Shown: positions 27,286-37,701 of the stretch, piece by piece
How positions within the stretch are numbered: the first letter of the stretch is position 1
How the letters are laid out: the number at the start of each line of letters is the position of its first letter
From: Fidelibacterota bacterium
GTDB lineage: Bacteria > Fidelibacterota > Fidelibacteria > Fidelibacterales > DSDE01
NCBI GenBank assembly: GCA_046735395.1
Contig: JBJKQR010000011.1
Location: 1-39,245, forward strand
DNA: 39,245 nt
Direction: 5' to 3'
Position numbers and translations under genes: made by a program
Notes under the pieces: generated by a model
What the model was told of the DNA's origin: nothing
Database searches by the model: none
What the model saw: the letters and a program-made list of their open reading frames with translations, nothing else

Positions 27286-30009
27286 CTATTTGAGAAGCGT
27301 CATTTTCTGTCTGAAAACTTTATCATTCATGCGCACAACCGAAAAATACAGTCCGGAAGGAAGAGCCATGCCCGACTCATTCTGCGCCGTCCAGGCCAGT
27401 ACATGTTCGCCGGCCGGCAACACCGCATCCAGCGGCGTGGACACACAACGGCCGGTAATGTCAAAAATCCGGATACTGCAGAATGCCGCCCGTCCCAGAC
27501 TCAGGGGAAAGTTGACCGTATTATTGAAGGGATTCGGGTACAGGGAATGCAGGGTGAATTCGGCCGCTTCCAGAGGTTTATTTCCGTCGTCAATCCCTGA
27601 GACAGTCGTCAGTTTTTCCAGCTTCACCGCATCACCACGCAGTACCGTACCGGCCGGGTCGTCAACCCGGTTCAGATCCATGACTCTGACATCAATATGC
27701 CCCTCAGCCGGCGCATACAGACGGGTTAATCGAATCCATTCCCCGCTGCCTGTATTCTGGTTCATGATCACCGTGTCCATTATAACATTGTTGAGACGGA
27801 TCTCATATCCTGCGGCACTCGCGCTGTTGACGGTCTTGGGAACGATGAAATAAGCATCGTAGAATCCCGGATCCGGCACGATAAAGGAATATTTTGCGGT
27901 CGCAGGTGGATTCTGCTTCAGGTAGGCAAACCGGCTGCTGTTACCCCAGGCCTGTGTGACCGAGGTGCTCCAGGTTCCTGTTTCCGAATAATTGTCATCC
28001 GAATTATCCACCACATTCACCCATTCCTTGACCACGGCATTCAGCGGCAGCCGGAATATGGGGTGCAGCGGATCATCACTATTGATGAGCAAGGTGTCAT
28101 CCAGCGAACCGGCGGACGGAAAAACGATCCGAACCGTCAGAGGCATTTCACTCAGCGGAGCCACATGAAGCGGAAATTCAGTCTGATTGAGAAGCTCGAC
28201 TTTTTCAGAACTGATACTGTTCACCGTCAGTTCCTCATAGCCCCCGTTCCGAACCGTTATCGTATAATTCAATGTATCCGCCATGGTCTGAAAACCCAGA
28301 TCCAGACGAGTGTCTGAAAAACTGATCTCCCGTTCACGGACAAAGGGGCTGATCTTCACAACATCGGGAGAGATACTTTCCGCCCCGGATGCCTGTGAGC
28401 TGAGCGCTGCGCTCAGATGCAGCGTTACCGGAGAACCTGCCGGCAGCTCGGTAATGCACAGCGTATTCCATTTCCCGGGTTCGGGGTTCTGTCCGGCCAG
28501 TTCCAGCGGAACAGATCCGCCGGCCTCATCCAGCCGCGCCTGCAGGGTTATATCCGGTCCGGTCTTCGCTCCCACCACCATTTCAATCCTGTACATCCGC
28601 TGCTGTTCAGGAGTGAAACTGCAGCTGAATACAGCGCTGTCCCCCGGGGTAACGCTGTATTCACTATAGGCCCTGAGCCAACCGTCGTTCGCCCGCTGCG
28701 CAGCTGAACCGTGCAGCGTCTGAAAGTCACTGCTCCCGTCATCAATATAGATAATATCCGGCCAGGCCTTCAGCTCTGCCAGGGATTGGTTCCCAACCGT
28801 GTCACACACGGCAACGGCAGCCTTGGCCCAGCTGTCCGGCGCCATACTCGTATCGGAAATCCATTGGCCGCTGCCGGTCGCCGTCATGGACAGCACATGC
28901 GTGAGTTCGTACTTGTCCTTCACGGTTACAAAGGGCTGATCCTGGAATATTTCCTCATCACTGCTGACCGAAAAACGCTGCATTCCACCTTCATCAACCG
29001 TCGAAAAATTCAGTGTCGGCGCCTGTGTATCGTCCGTACCCAGCCAGCGCTGCATCGCTTCCACCGCCGTACAGTAGCGGAAATTGACACCCGGATACCG
29101 GGTCGCTGCCAGATGGGCCACGCTGTCGATTCGAACCAGATTCTGCGTAAAATCCGTTTCCGGCAGATGTCCCCAGAAACAGGCGACCTGGTCGGTTCCG
29201 GCAGCTGCAGCGGCAAAAACCGTATCCATGAGCCCCTTGGCCAGAACACTATAAAAATGCGCAGACCGTACATTCCAGCCCGGACCGTCTCCGGCCTTCT
29301 GATAATCATTCATATCCACCTTGAAGGGTACAAATTCGTGGCTTGCCTGCGACCAGTCATAAATATTTGTCAGAGGTTCACCGTTTCCGAGTCCATGCAC
29401 GGGATAATCATTGTGAAGGCTGAAGGGCAGAATCGAGTGGCTCAGATAATTCTGCCAGATATTTCCCATATAATGCCAGCCGCTGCGGAAGCTGACAGGA
29501 AAGGTCTGTTCCTCCAGCAGAAACTGGGACAGTGTCACATCGAAATCTTCACGGCACCAGGAAAAGTCCGGCGCTTCATTCCAGTAGTAGATTCCGTTTC
29601 CGGTCGCATCCGTCCAGGCAAAGGTATGATAATGCAGGGTCAGCTCGTCACCGGTTCGGGCGATGTCTTCGCCGTGATAGGTTTTCATCAGGTAGAGCGT
29701 CATGATATTGGGAACCGGTACATTCACATTCGTCGCATAGCGAAATACATTTCCGGCCATCATCCACCAGGTCAGTTTCAATTCCTGCCCGTAGCTGTCC
29801 GTCTTGCCCGCACGGAATTCCGGGCTCATGACTTCGTAAATATTCGCAGTCGGATTGGTGAAGGTATCCGTCCGGTAAAAATCATCATGCCGGCCGGTGT
29901 TCATTCCGTCCCAGATCGCTGTATCAGAACCGATCACAAGGTAGACTTCCGCCGGTTTCAGCCAGGCGGAACAACCCAGTATCAGTAATATTGATATCCA
30001 TTTCTTCAT
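27286..30009 (-). CDS. Secreted multidomain protein with T9SS-type/FlgD-Ig C-terminal domain
   Basis: Signal peptide; N-terminal domain with GDELTLHYH/SFRSGWH; an Ig-like segment (ITVRNGG...INSDDP); golvesin/xanthan-lyase-like segment(s) (VVDNSD...GTW); C-terminal YPNPFN...IRIFDITGR...SGLYF...KMTLLK. Confidence 0.8.
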   Translation of the reverse strand: MKKWISILLILGCSAWLKPAEVYLVIGSDTAIWDGMNTGRHDDFYRTDTFTNPTANIYEVMSPEFRAGKTDSYGQELKLTWWMMAGNVFRYATNVNVPVPNIMTLYLMKTYHGEDIARTGDELTLHYHTFAWTDATGNGIYYWNEAPDFSWCREDFDVTLSQFLLEEQTFPVSFRSGWHYMGNIWQNYLSHSILPFSLHNDYPVHGLGNGEPLTNIYDWSQASHEFVPFKVDMNDYQKAGDGPGWNVRSAHFYSVLAKGLMDTVFAAAAAGTDQVACFWGHLPETDFTQNLVRIDSVAHLAATRYPGVNFRYCTAVEAMQRWLGTDDTQAPTLNFSTVDEGGMQRFSVSSDEEIFQDQPFVTVKDKYELTHVLSMTATGSGQWISDTSMAPDSWAKAAVAVCDTVGNQSLAELKAWPDIIYIDDGSSDFQTLHGSAAQRANDGWLRAYSEYSVTPGDSAVFSCSFTPEQQRMYRIEMVVGAKTGPDITLQARLDEAGGSVPLELAGQNPEPGKWNTLCITELPAGSPVTLHLSAALSSQASGAESISPDVVKISPFVREREISFSDTRLDLGFQTMADTLNYTITVRNGGYEELTVNSISSEKVELLNQTEFPLHVAPLSEMPLTVRIVFPSAGSLDDTLLINSDDPLHPIFRLPLNAVVKEWVNVVDNSDDNYSETGTWSTSVTQAWGNSSRFAYLKQNPPATAKYSFIVPDPGFYDAYFIVPKTVNSASAAGYEIRLNNVIMDTVIMNQNTGSGEWIRLTRLYAPAEGHIDVRVMDLNRVDDPAGTVLRGDAVKLEKLTTVSGIDDGNKPLEAAEFTLHSLYPNPFNNTVNFPLSLGRAAFCSIRIFDITGRCVSTPLDAVLPAGEHVLAWTAQNESGMALPSGLYFSVVRMNDKVFRQKMTLLK

Positions 30010-31817
30010 CTGTTTCCCTTTTCCGGTATCTCGTTGATATGAGTGAGAATTGCATTTCTGAAATACAGTTCGAGTGTCTTATTTGTAAACTTATAAATCC
30101 ACAGTTCATAGTCCAGTCCGCCCTGCGTCACCTGTTTCCGGACCGCAGGTTCGCCGAAGGTATCCTGAATCTGTACGAGAGTCATTCCCACCGTCGCTTT
30201 CAGTGGCGTTCCCTGTCCCTTCGCTTCAGCCTGAATTTCATCCACCATCGTCCGGTAGCTTTCATAGAGAGCCGGTCCGTCCGGATTCGGATTTGCCTCG
30301 GCGATTTTGCGGTTGAGCAGATCATCATAATTCCGCAGAAGATCAGCCAGATCCCTGTCCAGGATCATGGCGGCATCCAGATCTGCCTTGGCACTGTAAA
30401 AATCCTTATCCAAAACTTCCTTTTCCATGCTCTTCACCCGGACGGAGGCAAGGAAATCCACATAGCGCTCCACTTCCGTCTTCAGATCCGGATTCTGCTG
30501 TTCGGCCAGCTGCAGATACACGCCGGCCCGGTCGTAGAGTCCGGATGAAATGAGAGAACGGGCCTTGTAAATATTCACGAAGGCCATGGCCCGGTCGCAT
30601 TCCTTCGAGAAGAAGGGACTCATTTCCGCCGCCTTGCTCAGGATGGCCTCAGCCTGCTGATAGTCCCCCGTCTGCAATTCCTGCATGGCATTCAGCACAA
30701 AAATCCGTCCGATGGATTCGCGCCGCGTCACAACTTTTTTCCGGATGGATTCACTGCCGCTGCCGAAGGCCTTGTTGTAGAGCCCCAGCGCATCCTCAAT
30801 TCTGAATTCGCCCAGCGCCTGATTGGCCATTTTATAATATTCATAGAAAATCATGGAATCGCAGTAACTGAGGTAACGCAGTCCCAACGCCTTTCTTGGT
30901 GAACGGGGATGTTTCAGCACCCAGGAATTCATTTCCTCCCTGGCGGCGATATAATCCCGCTTCCGGATCTTGTCCAGCGCCCGGTCTCCCTGGCTTCGCC
31001 GGGCTCCCAGCTGTGCGTACAGTGAAATGCCGAATCCCAGGCTGTGAAAATTAATGTATTCCAGCGGCGTAATATCTTTTGAATCATTTACAGTATAATA
31101 TCCGGAATTGAGAAAAACATTGGCGGAGACTACCAGATTCGTCGTCTGGGTCCGGTTGTCCAGAGCATACTGCAGCGACAGACTGCTCCGGCTGGATGAA
31201 CCGGTCATGGGCAGAAGACGATCCGCACCCTGAGTCTGATAGGCTGTGCCGTTTCCCAGAGCATAGCTGTTTTCCAGTCGTATGAATAATTTTTCAAAGG
31301 GTTGATAATACAGGGTCTGGCACATATAAAACTCCGTCACCTGCGGCCGGTAATTGGCCGCCGACAGCCCCGAACCCTGCGTGCCCCACTGTCCGTTCAG
31401 CCCCACCGGGAGAATCTGCATGAAACGACGGACCCCGAATCCGGTCAGGTAATCAAATCGGTTGACGGGCAGCATCATGGTCAGCCAGTTGATTCTCAGG
31501 AGATTCAGATCCATATCGAAATAATTTCGATGCGTAAATGAATTCCTGAATCCGTTGAGTGTGGTCTCCGTGCTGTCGAACCCCATGGCGCTTTCGGAAA
31601 ATTTGAAGGGATTGGCGCCGCTGAACCCGTAGATGGCCAGTGAGGAATTGAATTCGAAAAATGTATAGCGCAGCGGTTCGCGGAATGTAATGGAGGGAAT
31701 GGGATTCACGCGGTGCAGCCAGGCATCGAAGCGATTGGCCGGTGGATAATAGCTATCCCCGCCATTCAGGTGCATGCAAAATCCTGCCAGGAGCAGGATC
31801 TTCAGAAATCTGTGCAT
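30006..31817 (-). CDS. Hypothetical exported protein (beta-rich N-terminus, TPR-like middle, small C-terminal domain)
   Basis: 603-aa ORF with signal peptide, aromatic/alternating N-terminal half and helical repeats (GDYQQAEAILSKA). ATGA overlap with the next gene. Confidence 0.75.
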   Translation of the reverse strand: MHRFLKILLLAGFCMHLNGGDSYYPPANRFDAWLHRVNPIPSITFREPLRYTFFEFNSSLAIYGFSGANPFKFSESAMGFDSTETTLNGFRNSFTHRNYFDMDLNLLRINWLTMMLPVNRFDYLTGFGVRRFMQILPVGLNGQWGTQGSGLSAANYRPQVTEFYMCQTLYYQPFEKLFIRLENSYALGNGTAYQTQGADRLLPMTGSSSRSSLSLQYALDNRTQTTNLVVSANVFLNSGYYTVNDSKDITPLEYINFHSLGFGISLYAQLGARRSQGDRALDKIRKRDYIAAREEMNSWVLKHPRSPRKALGLRYLSYCDSMIFYEYYKMANQALGEFRIEDALGLYNKAFGSGSESIRKKVVTRRESIGRIFVLNAMQELQTGDYQQAEAILSKAAEMSPFFSKECDRAMAFVNIYKARSLISSGLYDRAGVYLQLAEQQNPDLKTEVERYVDFLASVRVKSMEKEVLDKDFYSAKADLDAAMILDRDLADLLRNYDDLLNRKIAEANPNPDGPALYESYRTMVDEIQAEAKGQGTPLKATVGMTLVQIQDTFGEPAVRKQVTQGGLDYELWIYKFTNKTLELYFRNAILTHINEIPEKGNR

Positions 31818-31902
31818 ACCGGAATTTATATAATTCAGGAAGGAAGTGTAAGGTAAAATCGCCCCAATTGCCGGTAATCACAGTACAAAAGCAGACCATC
31901 CT

Positions 31903-33561
31903 TCAGCGCAGCTCAAGCAGCTCCTGCTTTTCTATTTTCCAGATTCGGCTGAAAGCCTGCTCGCGAACGGGAATATGGGAAATCACGATTCTCACATCGG
32001 CATCGGACCCATTTAAAATGGCTTCCGCGGCGAGATCCGCGCTGTGCGCATCCAGATGTGAATAGGGTTCATCAAATATCCTGATTTCCGCCGGGCTGAG
32101 CAGGGTCCGGATCAGGGACAGACGCTGCAGTTCTCCGCCGCTCAATCCGCTGTGGATGAGATTCCGCGGAACATCGAGCTGGTCCGGGGCCAGGAGCGGA
32201 ATCCGATCCAGCTCAAGGACTTCCAGCAGACGGCGGATTTTATCCTCTCCGATTTCCGGGTGGTTCATGGACAGATTATTCCGAAGGCTGTCGTGAAAAA
32301 ACACCATTTCCTGCGGCATGTAGGCAATATGACGCCGTAAATCATCCGGATCAAGGGACATGAGATCCTGTCCATCCACCAGAATCCGGCCCCCGTCAGG
32401 CCTGCGAAATTTCAGCAATAGCTGCATGAGACTGCTTTTTCCGCTGCCGTTCCTCCCCATGATCCAGATTTTATCACCCCTTCTGATCTCCGTATCAGCA
32501 GATTTTATCAGGGTGCGCTGTCCGTCGGGCGTGCGGAGTCTGACCTGGCTCAGTTTCAGATGAGAAATCGGGGACAGGGAGAGATTTTCCTCCCCGGACA
32601 ACCCCTGATTTCCGCTCTGTGCAGCCAGCAGGTCGAACACATTCTGCAGAGCATGAAACGAAGAGGCAAGGGATACAAAGGCCCCATTCATGGGAATGAA
32701 TACCTCCTGCAGCGCAAAGAGGCCCAGAGCCACAACCGGAACCAGCTGACGGTCGGCGAATCCTGCCGGTGAAAATACATATGCCAGAACGGCAAGAGCG
32801 ATCAGGGTCTGCACCGATACCTCCGCGACAGCGTCCAGCACGGCAATCCTCCGTCTGTAAACCAGTCCCTTCCGCGTCATCCGCAGATATTCCCCGGTGA
32901 AGTGTCCTTCTCTGTCAAGGCGATGCAGATCTGTGCCGGACTCGGCGATGTCGCCTGCCATCCAGGCTAATTTCCGCTTTACTCCGCGTTCCGCCCGGCT
33001 TTCCCCGGCAGAAATCATGTACAGGACTATAGGCAGCGGTATCAGAAGCAGAAAAAACAGCAGAGCGGCATGGATGCGCGATACAGTCAGCCAGAGCGGG
33101 ATAAGGATGGTGCCCAGCACGGCTGTACCCCAGGCAGTGGTCAGGGGCAGCACGAAGCTATTGAAAATTTTCTCCACCGCTTCACTGTCCCGGATAAATC
33201 CGAACAGCATATCGCCGCGATGTGAAGCCGTTACCGACTCCGGATAGCCCCTTTCCAGCGATACAAAAATATGGTCACGAAGCCGGTTGACGATATGAAA
33301 ATTCACAGAATGGCTGATGAGCCGTTCCAGATAGCGGAAGACACTTCGCGATATCCCGAAAAAGCGCACCGCCACCACAGCCGTCTGAATATCGGCGATG
33401 GAGACCATGAATGCCGCCTTTGCCAGAATATAGGCACCCGTCATCATCAGCCCGCAGCTGCTCAATACTGCAATCAGCGCGGCAGAAACCGCAGCGAGAA
33501 TATGGCCGGGACTGCGGAAAAATCCTTTCAGCAGTCCGGACAGCGTACTCCTCATATTCAC
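31903..33561 (-). CDS. cydC: Thiol reductant ABC exporter subunit CydC
   Basis: VRFFGISRSVFRYLERLISH signature; Walker A GRNGSGKS, LSGGE, IFDEP. Confidence 0.88.
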   Translation of the reverse strand: MNMRSTLSGLLKGFFRSPGHILAAVSAALIAVLSSCGLMMTGAYILAKAAFMVSIADIQTAVVAVRFFGISRSVFRYLERLISHSVNFHIVNRLRDHIFVSLERGYPESVTASHRGDMLFGFIRDSEAVEKIFNSFVLPLTTAWGTAVLGTILIPLWLTVSRIHAALLFFLLLIPLPIVLYMISAGESRAERGVKRKLAWMAGDIAESGTDLHRLDREGHFTGEYLRMTRKGLVYRRRIAVLDAVAEVSVQTLIALAVLAYVFSPAGFADRQLVPVVALGLFALQEVFIPMNGAFVSLASSFHALQNVFDLLAAQSGNQGLSGEENLSLSPISHLKLSQVRLRTPDGQRTLIKSADTEIRRGDKIWIMGRNGSGKSSLMQLLLKFRRPDGGRILVDGQDLMSLDPDDLRRHIAYMPQEMVFFHDSLRNNLSMNHPEIGEDKIRRLLEVLELDRIPLLAPDQLDVPRNLIHSGLSGGELQRLSLIRTLLSPAEIRIFDEPYSHLDAHSADLAAEAILNGSDADVRIVISHIPVREQAFSRIWKIEKQELLELR

Positions 33562-35198
33562 GGCTGTTCTCCCCTGTCCGGAACATCCACATCCGATAGC
33601 GTCAGCACCCCATCCGCAACGGAGATAAAATCCTCCCGGTGACTGATCATGATGATGATCCGGCCTTCTTTCATATCCTTCAGAACATTCAATATATGTG
33701 CGGCGGAATCCGGATCCACCTGACTGCCCACCTCATCGAGAATCATGATGGGCCGGCCGGAAACCAGCGCTCTCGCCAGAGCCAGGCGCTGGCGTTCACC
33801 GCCGCTGAGATTCCGCCCCGAATCCGTAATCATCCCATCCAGGCCTCCGATCCGTTCATCTTCATCCTGAAATAAATGCAGTCTCTTCAGATAGGAATCC
33901 AGCACATCGTCCCGGCTCCGGTCATGGTGAAACTGCAGGTTGAAGCGCAGCGTTCCATGAAATACCGCCGGGAACTGGGGAATGAAATCGACGGACCGGC
34001 GCAGACGCGGCTGCTGCTCATTATCGACAGGAATCCCGTTCACGGACAGATATCCCTTCTCAGGAAGCTCCAGGCCTGCGAGGACTGCAGCGAGAGAGCT
34101 TTTACCCGCCCCGCTGTCACCCCGGATCAATAATAATTCTCCCCTGCGAACCCCTGCACTGAATTCTCCCCCTCCGGACAAGCAGGCCGGTCTGATCGAA
34201 TTCAGTTCCACTGTCTGCACGTCCCCGTATCCGGCCGTTTTTTCACTCGTTTCGGACCTGAATACTCCCGGAGTGAGAAAGGCTTCCATTTCATCCATGG
34301 CGGCAGATGCTTCCCGGGCACGATGAAACCTGGCGCCGCTGCGTCTCAGCGGGGCATAGAATTCCGGAGCCAGCATCAGCAGAAAAATTGCCTCGGGAAA
34401 GGCCATCCGTCCATAGAGAAGCCGGAGGCCGCTCTCGACGGCAATCACGGCAATGGACAGCGTCGCGGCCAGCTCAAGTACAAAGGAAGAAAGAAAGGCA
34501 ATTCTGAGAATATTCAGGGTCTGCCGGGCAAATTCATGATTTGCACGCTGCAGCTCCTGACGTTTCACCTTCTGCAGCCGGTACAGTTTCACCAGAACCA
34601 TTCCCTGAAGTATATCCGAAAAAGTTCCGCCCAGGGTCTGCAGGCGCTGCCACTGCCGCTGTGTCATAGCCCGGGTCCGGTCATTGATGAGGATGATGAA
34701 CACCGGAATCAGGGGTGCCGTGACCAGCAGGATCACTCCGGACAGCAGGTCGGTGGCAAACGCGTAAATTAAACAGGCCAGCGGAATCAGAAGCATGGAT
34801 ATCTGTCCGGGAAAATTTTCCTGAAAATAGGTATAGATCCGATCCGTCCCTTCCTCCAGAGTCGTAGCAAAGTCGCCTTCACCCTTATCCCGTCGCTGAC
34901 GCGGTGTCAGGGACTTCCAGGCCTGAAGCAGGCGCAGTTTGAGCCGCAGCGTAAGTTCAGCGGCGAAGTGCGATGAAAACCAGGCGGAGAGAGGCCCGGC
35001 AATGAAACGGATCAGGATGGCAGCGAGAAGATAGACACGCTTTACGTTTCCATTGTATGGACTTCGTTCAAAAAGTATCCCGTCCAGAAGCCGAGAAAGG
35101 CCCTGCGCAAAATACAGAAAGGCCAGGACCGACAGCAGGGAAAAAATAAGGGCTGCGGCAACCCGGGGAATATCCCCTTTCACTATCAGACGATCCAT
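33558..35198 (-). CDS. cydD: Thiol reductant ABC exporter subunit CydD
   Basis: TAPLIPVF, LRIAFLSSFVLE, LAPEFYAPLR, GDSGAGKS, LSGGERQR. ATG 35198 after AGGTGA is preferred; alternative GTG at 35219. Confidence 0.9.
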   Translation of the reverse strand: MDRLIVKGDIPRVAAALIFSLLSVLAFLYFAQGLSRLLDGILFERSPYNGNVKRVYLLAAILIRFIAGPLSAWFSSHFAAELTLRLKLRLLQAWKSLTPRQRRDKGEGDFATTLEEGTDRIYTYFQENFPGQISMLLIPLACLIYAFATDLLSGVILLVTAPLIPVFIILINDRTRAMTQRQWQRLQTLGGTFSDILQGMVLVKLYRLQKVKRQELQRANHEFARQTLNILRIAFLSSFVLELAATLSIAVIAVESGLRLLYGRMAFPEAIFLLMLAPEFYAPLRRSGARFHRAREASAAMDEMEAFLTPGVFRSETSEKTAGYGDVQTVELNSIRPACLSGGGEFSAGVRRGELLLIRGDSGAGKSSLAAVLAGLELPEKGYLSVNGIPVDNEQQPRLRRSVDFIPQFPAVFHGTLRFNLQFHHDRSRDDVLDSYLKRLHLFQDEDERIGGLDGMITDSGRNLSGGERQRLALARALVSGRPIMILDEVGSQVDPDSAAHILNVLKDMKEGRIIIMISHREDFISVADGVLTLSDVDVPDRGEQP

Positions 35199-35315
35199 CC
35201 GTCGGTCACCTGCAATCACTGAAATAAACTCCCGCTTCGACCCATTTCACCGCAGTACGGCGATATTAAAATTTTATCATCAATGGAATCCGCGTCCGCA
35301 GCTGCGGCGCGGGAA

Positions 35316-36314
35316 TCAGTATTTTAGCGTATCCCCGCTGCCCACTCTCTGCCTGAACACTCTGAATGTCCAGATCTGATACACCAGGACGATGGGAACG
35401 AATATACAGGCGATAATCGTCATCGTTTTCAGCGTAGTCGGGCTGGATGCGGCGGCCTGAATGGAAATGTTCCACTCCGGATTCAGGGAACTCAGCAGGA
35501 CATTCGGGAACAGGAGTGCGAAATGCATGACGGAATAGGCCACAATCGCCACGCCGGTCATGCTGAAAGCCCAGCTGCCGAGTCCCTTTCCGCCCAGAAT
35601 GCCCGAAGCCGCCACAGTAGCGATCATGATGATGGCCGCAGTCAGTGACAGCGAAGACATGGGAAGCGTCACAAGCGCCCACACACCGTAAACCAGCGCC
35701 AGCAGAAGCACCGGCAGCCAGAGTTTACGGGCCTGCGATCCCACCCTCTCCAGAATTTCATCCTGCGTTCTGAGACCGAGAAAATTTGCGCCGTGCAGGC
35801 TGAAAAGCAGAAGTAGGAATATTCCGCCGATCAGCGCGAAGGGATTGAGAAGATTGAAAAATCCGCCGGTATAGGTCATGCTGCCGTCAATGGGCAAACC
35901 GCGAATCAGATTGGCAAAGGCCACTCCCCACAGCAGGGCCGGGCCTGCAGATCCGATGAATATGCCGTTGTCCCAGGTTTTTTTCCAGCCCTCCCCTTCC
36001 TCCAGATGCCTGAATTCAAAGGATACGCCTCTGTAAATAAGAAAAACAAGCATGAAAACAAGAGGCAGATACAGGGCTGAAAATAAGGTCGCATACCAGT
36101 GCGGAAACGATGCGAACATTGCGCCGCCGGCTGTGAGCAGCCAGACTTCATTGCCGTCCCAGAACGGGCCGATGCTGTTGATCAGGATACGTTTTTCATC
36201 GTCATTGCGGCCCAGAAAGGGAAGCAGCGTTCCCACGCCGTAATCAAAGCCTTCCAGGAAGAAAAACCCGGTAAACAGGACTGCAATGAGAACAAACCAT
36301 AGTATTTCCAACAT
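35316..36314 (-). CDS. cydB: Cytochrome bd ubiquinol oxidase subunit II
   Basis: LEGFDYGVG, IGPFWDGNEVWL, RGVSFEFR. Confidence 0.95.
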   Translation of the reverse strand: MLEILWFVLIAVLFTGFFFLEGFDYGVGTLLPFLGRNDDEKRILINSIGPFWDGNEVWLLTAGGAMFASFPHWYATLFSALYLPLVFMLVFLIYRGVSFEFRHLEEGEGWKKTWDNGIFIGSAGPALLWGVAFANLIRGLPIDGSMTYTGGFFNLLNPFALIGGIFLLLLFSLHGANFLGLRTQDEILERVGSQARKLWLPVLLLALVYGVWALVTLPMSSLSLTAAIIMIATVAASGILGGKGLGSWAFSMTGVAIVAYSVMHFALLFPNVLLSSLNPEWNISIQAAASSPTTLKTMTIIACIFVPIVLVYQIWTFRVFRQRVGSGDTLKY

Positions 36315-36324
36315 TATTCGCCTC

Positions 36325-37680
36325 CTACAGATTCAATACGGGGTTTTCACTGCTGCCATCCAGCTGCTTCGCATGCTTCTGCAGCAGATATACGTCAACG
36401 ACCATCAGCAAGGCGTAGACCGCCGTAAACAGAAACAGGGATATTCCCAGCTCAACACTGCTGACGGCCGGGGATACCGCATCCTCGATCTTCAGCAGGC
36501 CATAAACTACCCAGGGCATGCGTCCCATTTCCGTGAAGAGCCAGCCGGTCATCTGTCCCAGATAGGGCAGCATCAGGGACAATACGAAGATCAGCGCGAT
36601 GCGTCGGTCAGACTGTAGCAGGTCCGGACGCCACCAGCCGATCAGCGACAGCAGAGCCATGGCCATTCCCACACCCACCATAATCCGGAAAGTCCAGAAC
36701 ATGATATTCACCGGAGGGATGTAATATCCGGGACCGTATTTCACTTCATATTCGGCCTGCAGATTCTTCAGCCCCGCCACCGGCTTGCTGAAATCATTGG
36801 TGGCCAGAAAACTCAGAACCCCGGGAACACTGATATCATAGCGGCCTTCCTGTGCCTCCTCGTCATTAATTTTAAACAGGCTGAAGGGAGCGTAGTCCGT
36901 CGTTTCCCACAATCCTTCGGCCGCCGCCATTTTCATAGGCTGGCTGCGCACCACCATCTGACCCTGCGCATGTCCGAGGCCCATGGTGAGCACAACGGCG
37001 ACAAAGGCAAAGGCAGAACCCATCCGGAAGGATCGGATCAGCATCTCGCGCCGTTCACCCTTCAGAAAATGCCAGGCGCTGACCGCCAGCATGAAGAATC
37101 CTGCAGTGGCGATGGCAGCCGTGATCACATGGGAAAACTGCAGCCAGACACGGGTATTGAATATCAGCTCACTGAAATGGGTCATCTCCGCTCTGCCTGT
37201 GACCGGATTCAGCACATAAGCCCGGGGCTCCTGCATGAAGGAATTGGCAATGAGAATCCACAGCGCGGACAGATTGCTGCCGATAGCCACCATCCACATG
37301 CAGGCGGCATGCCATTTTTTCGAAAGGCGGTCCCAGCCGAAAATCCACAGGCCCAGGAAGGTTGATTCCATGAAAAAGGCCAGCAGAGCCTCCACAGCCA
37401 GGGGTGCTCCGAAAATATCTCCCACGTACCGGGAATATTCCGACCAGTTCATTCCGAACTGGAATTCCATCACAATACCGGTTACAACTCCCATTGCAAA
37501 ATTAATCAGGAAAAGTTTGCCCCAGAATTTCGTCATCTTCAGCCACACCTCGTCACCGCTACGAACATAGCGGGTCTCAAGGATGGCGATGAAAACGGAA
37601 AGACCGAGGGTCAGCGGCACGAAGAACCAATGGTACACACTGGTAATCGCAAATTGCCATCGGGCCAGTGCAAGCTCCAT
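36325..37680 (-). CDS. cydA: Cytochrome bd ubiquinol oxidase subunit I (short Q-loop)
   Basis: LARWQFA..H..FVPLTLG, EFQFGMNWS, QPMKMAAAEG, EMGRMPW; 451 aa. Confidence 0.95.
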   Translation of the reverse strand: MELALARWQFAITSVYHWFFVPLTLGLSVFIAILETRYVRSGDEVWLKMTKFWGKLFLINFAMGVVTGIVMEFQFGMNWSEYSRYVGDIFGAPLAVEALLAFFMESTFLGLWIFGWDRLSKKWHAACMWMVAIGSNLSALWILIANSFMQEPRAYVLNPVTGRAEMTHFSELIFNTRVWLQFSHVITAAIATAGFFMLAVSAWHFLKGERREMLIRSFRMGSAFAFVAVVLTMGLGHAQGQMVVRSQPMKMAAAEGLWETTDYAPFSLFKINDEEAQEGRYDISVPGVLSFLATNDFSKPVAGLKNLQAEYEVKYGPGYYIPPVNIMFWTFRIMVGVGMAMALLSLIGWWRPDLLQSDRRIALIFVLSLMLPYLGQMTGWLFTEMGRMPWVVYGLLKIEDAVSPAVSSVELGISLFLFTAVYALLMVVDVYLLQKHAKQLDGSSENPVLNL

Positions 37681-37701
37681 CTCTCACCCCTCTCTTGTTA
37701 T

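Noticed and set aside
28711..29988. Long antisense ORFs (28711-29988, 7995-8993, 16681-17394, 24313-25056, 25987-26778 and others)
   Set aside because: These are shadows of well-supported genes on the opposite strand, expected in GC-rich coding DNA.
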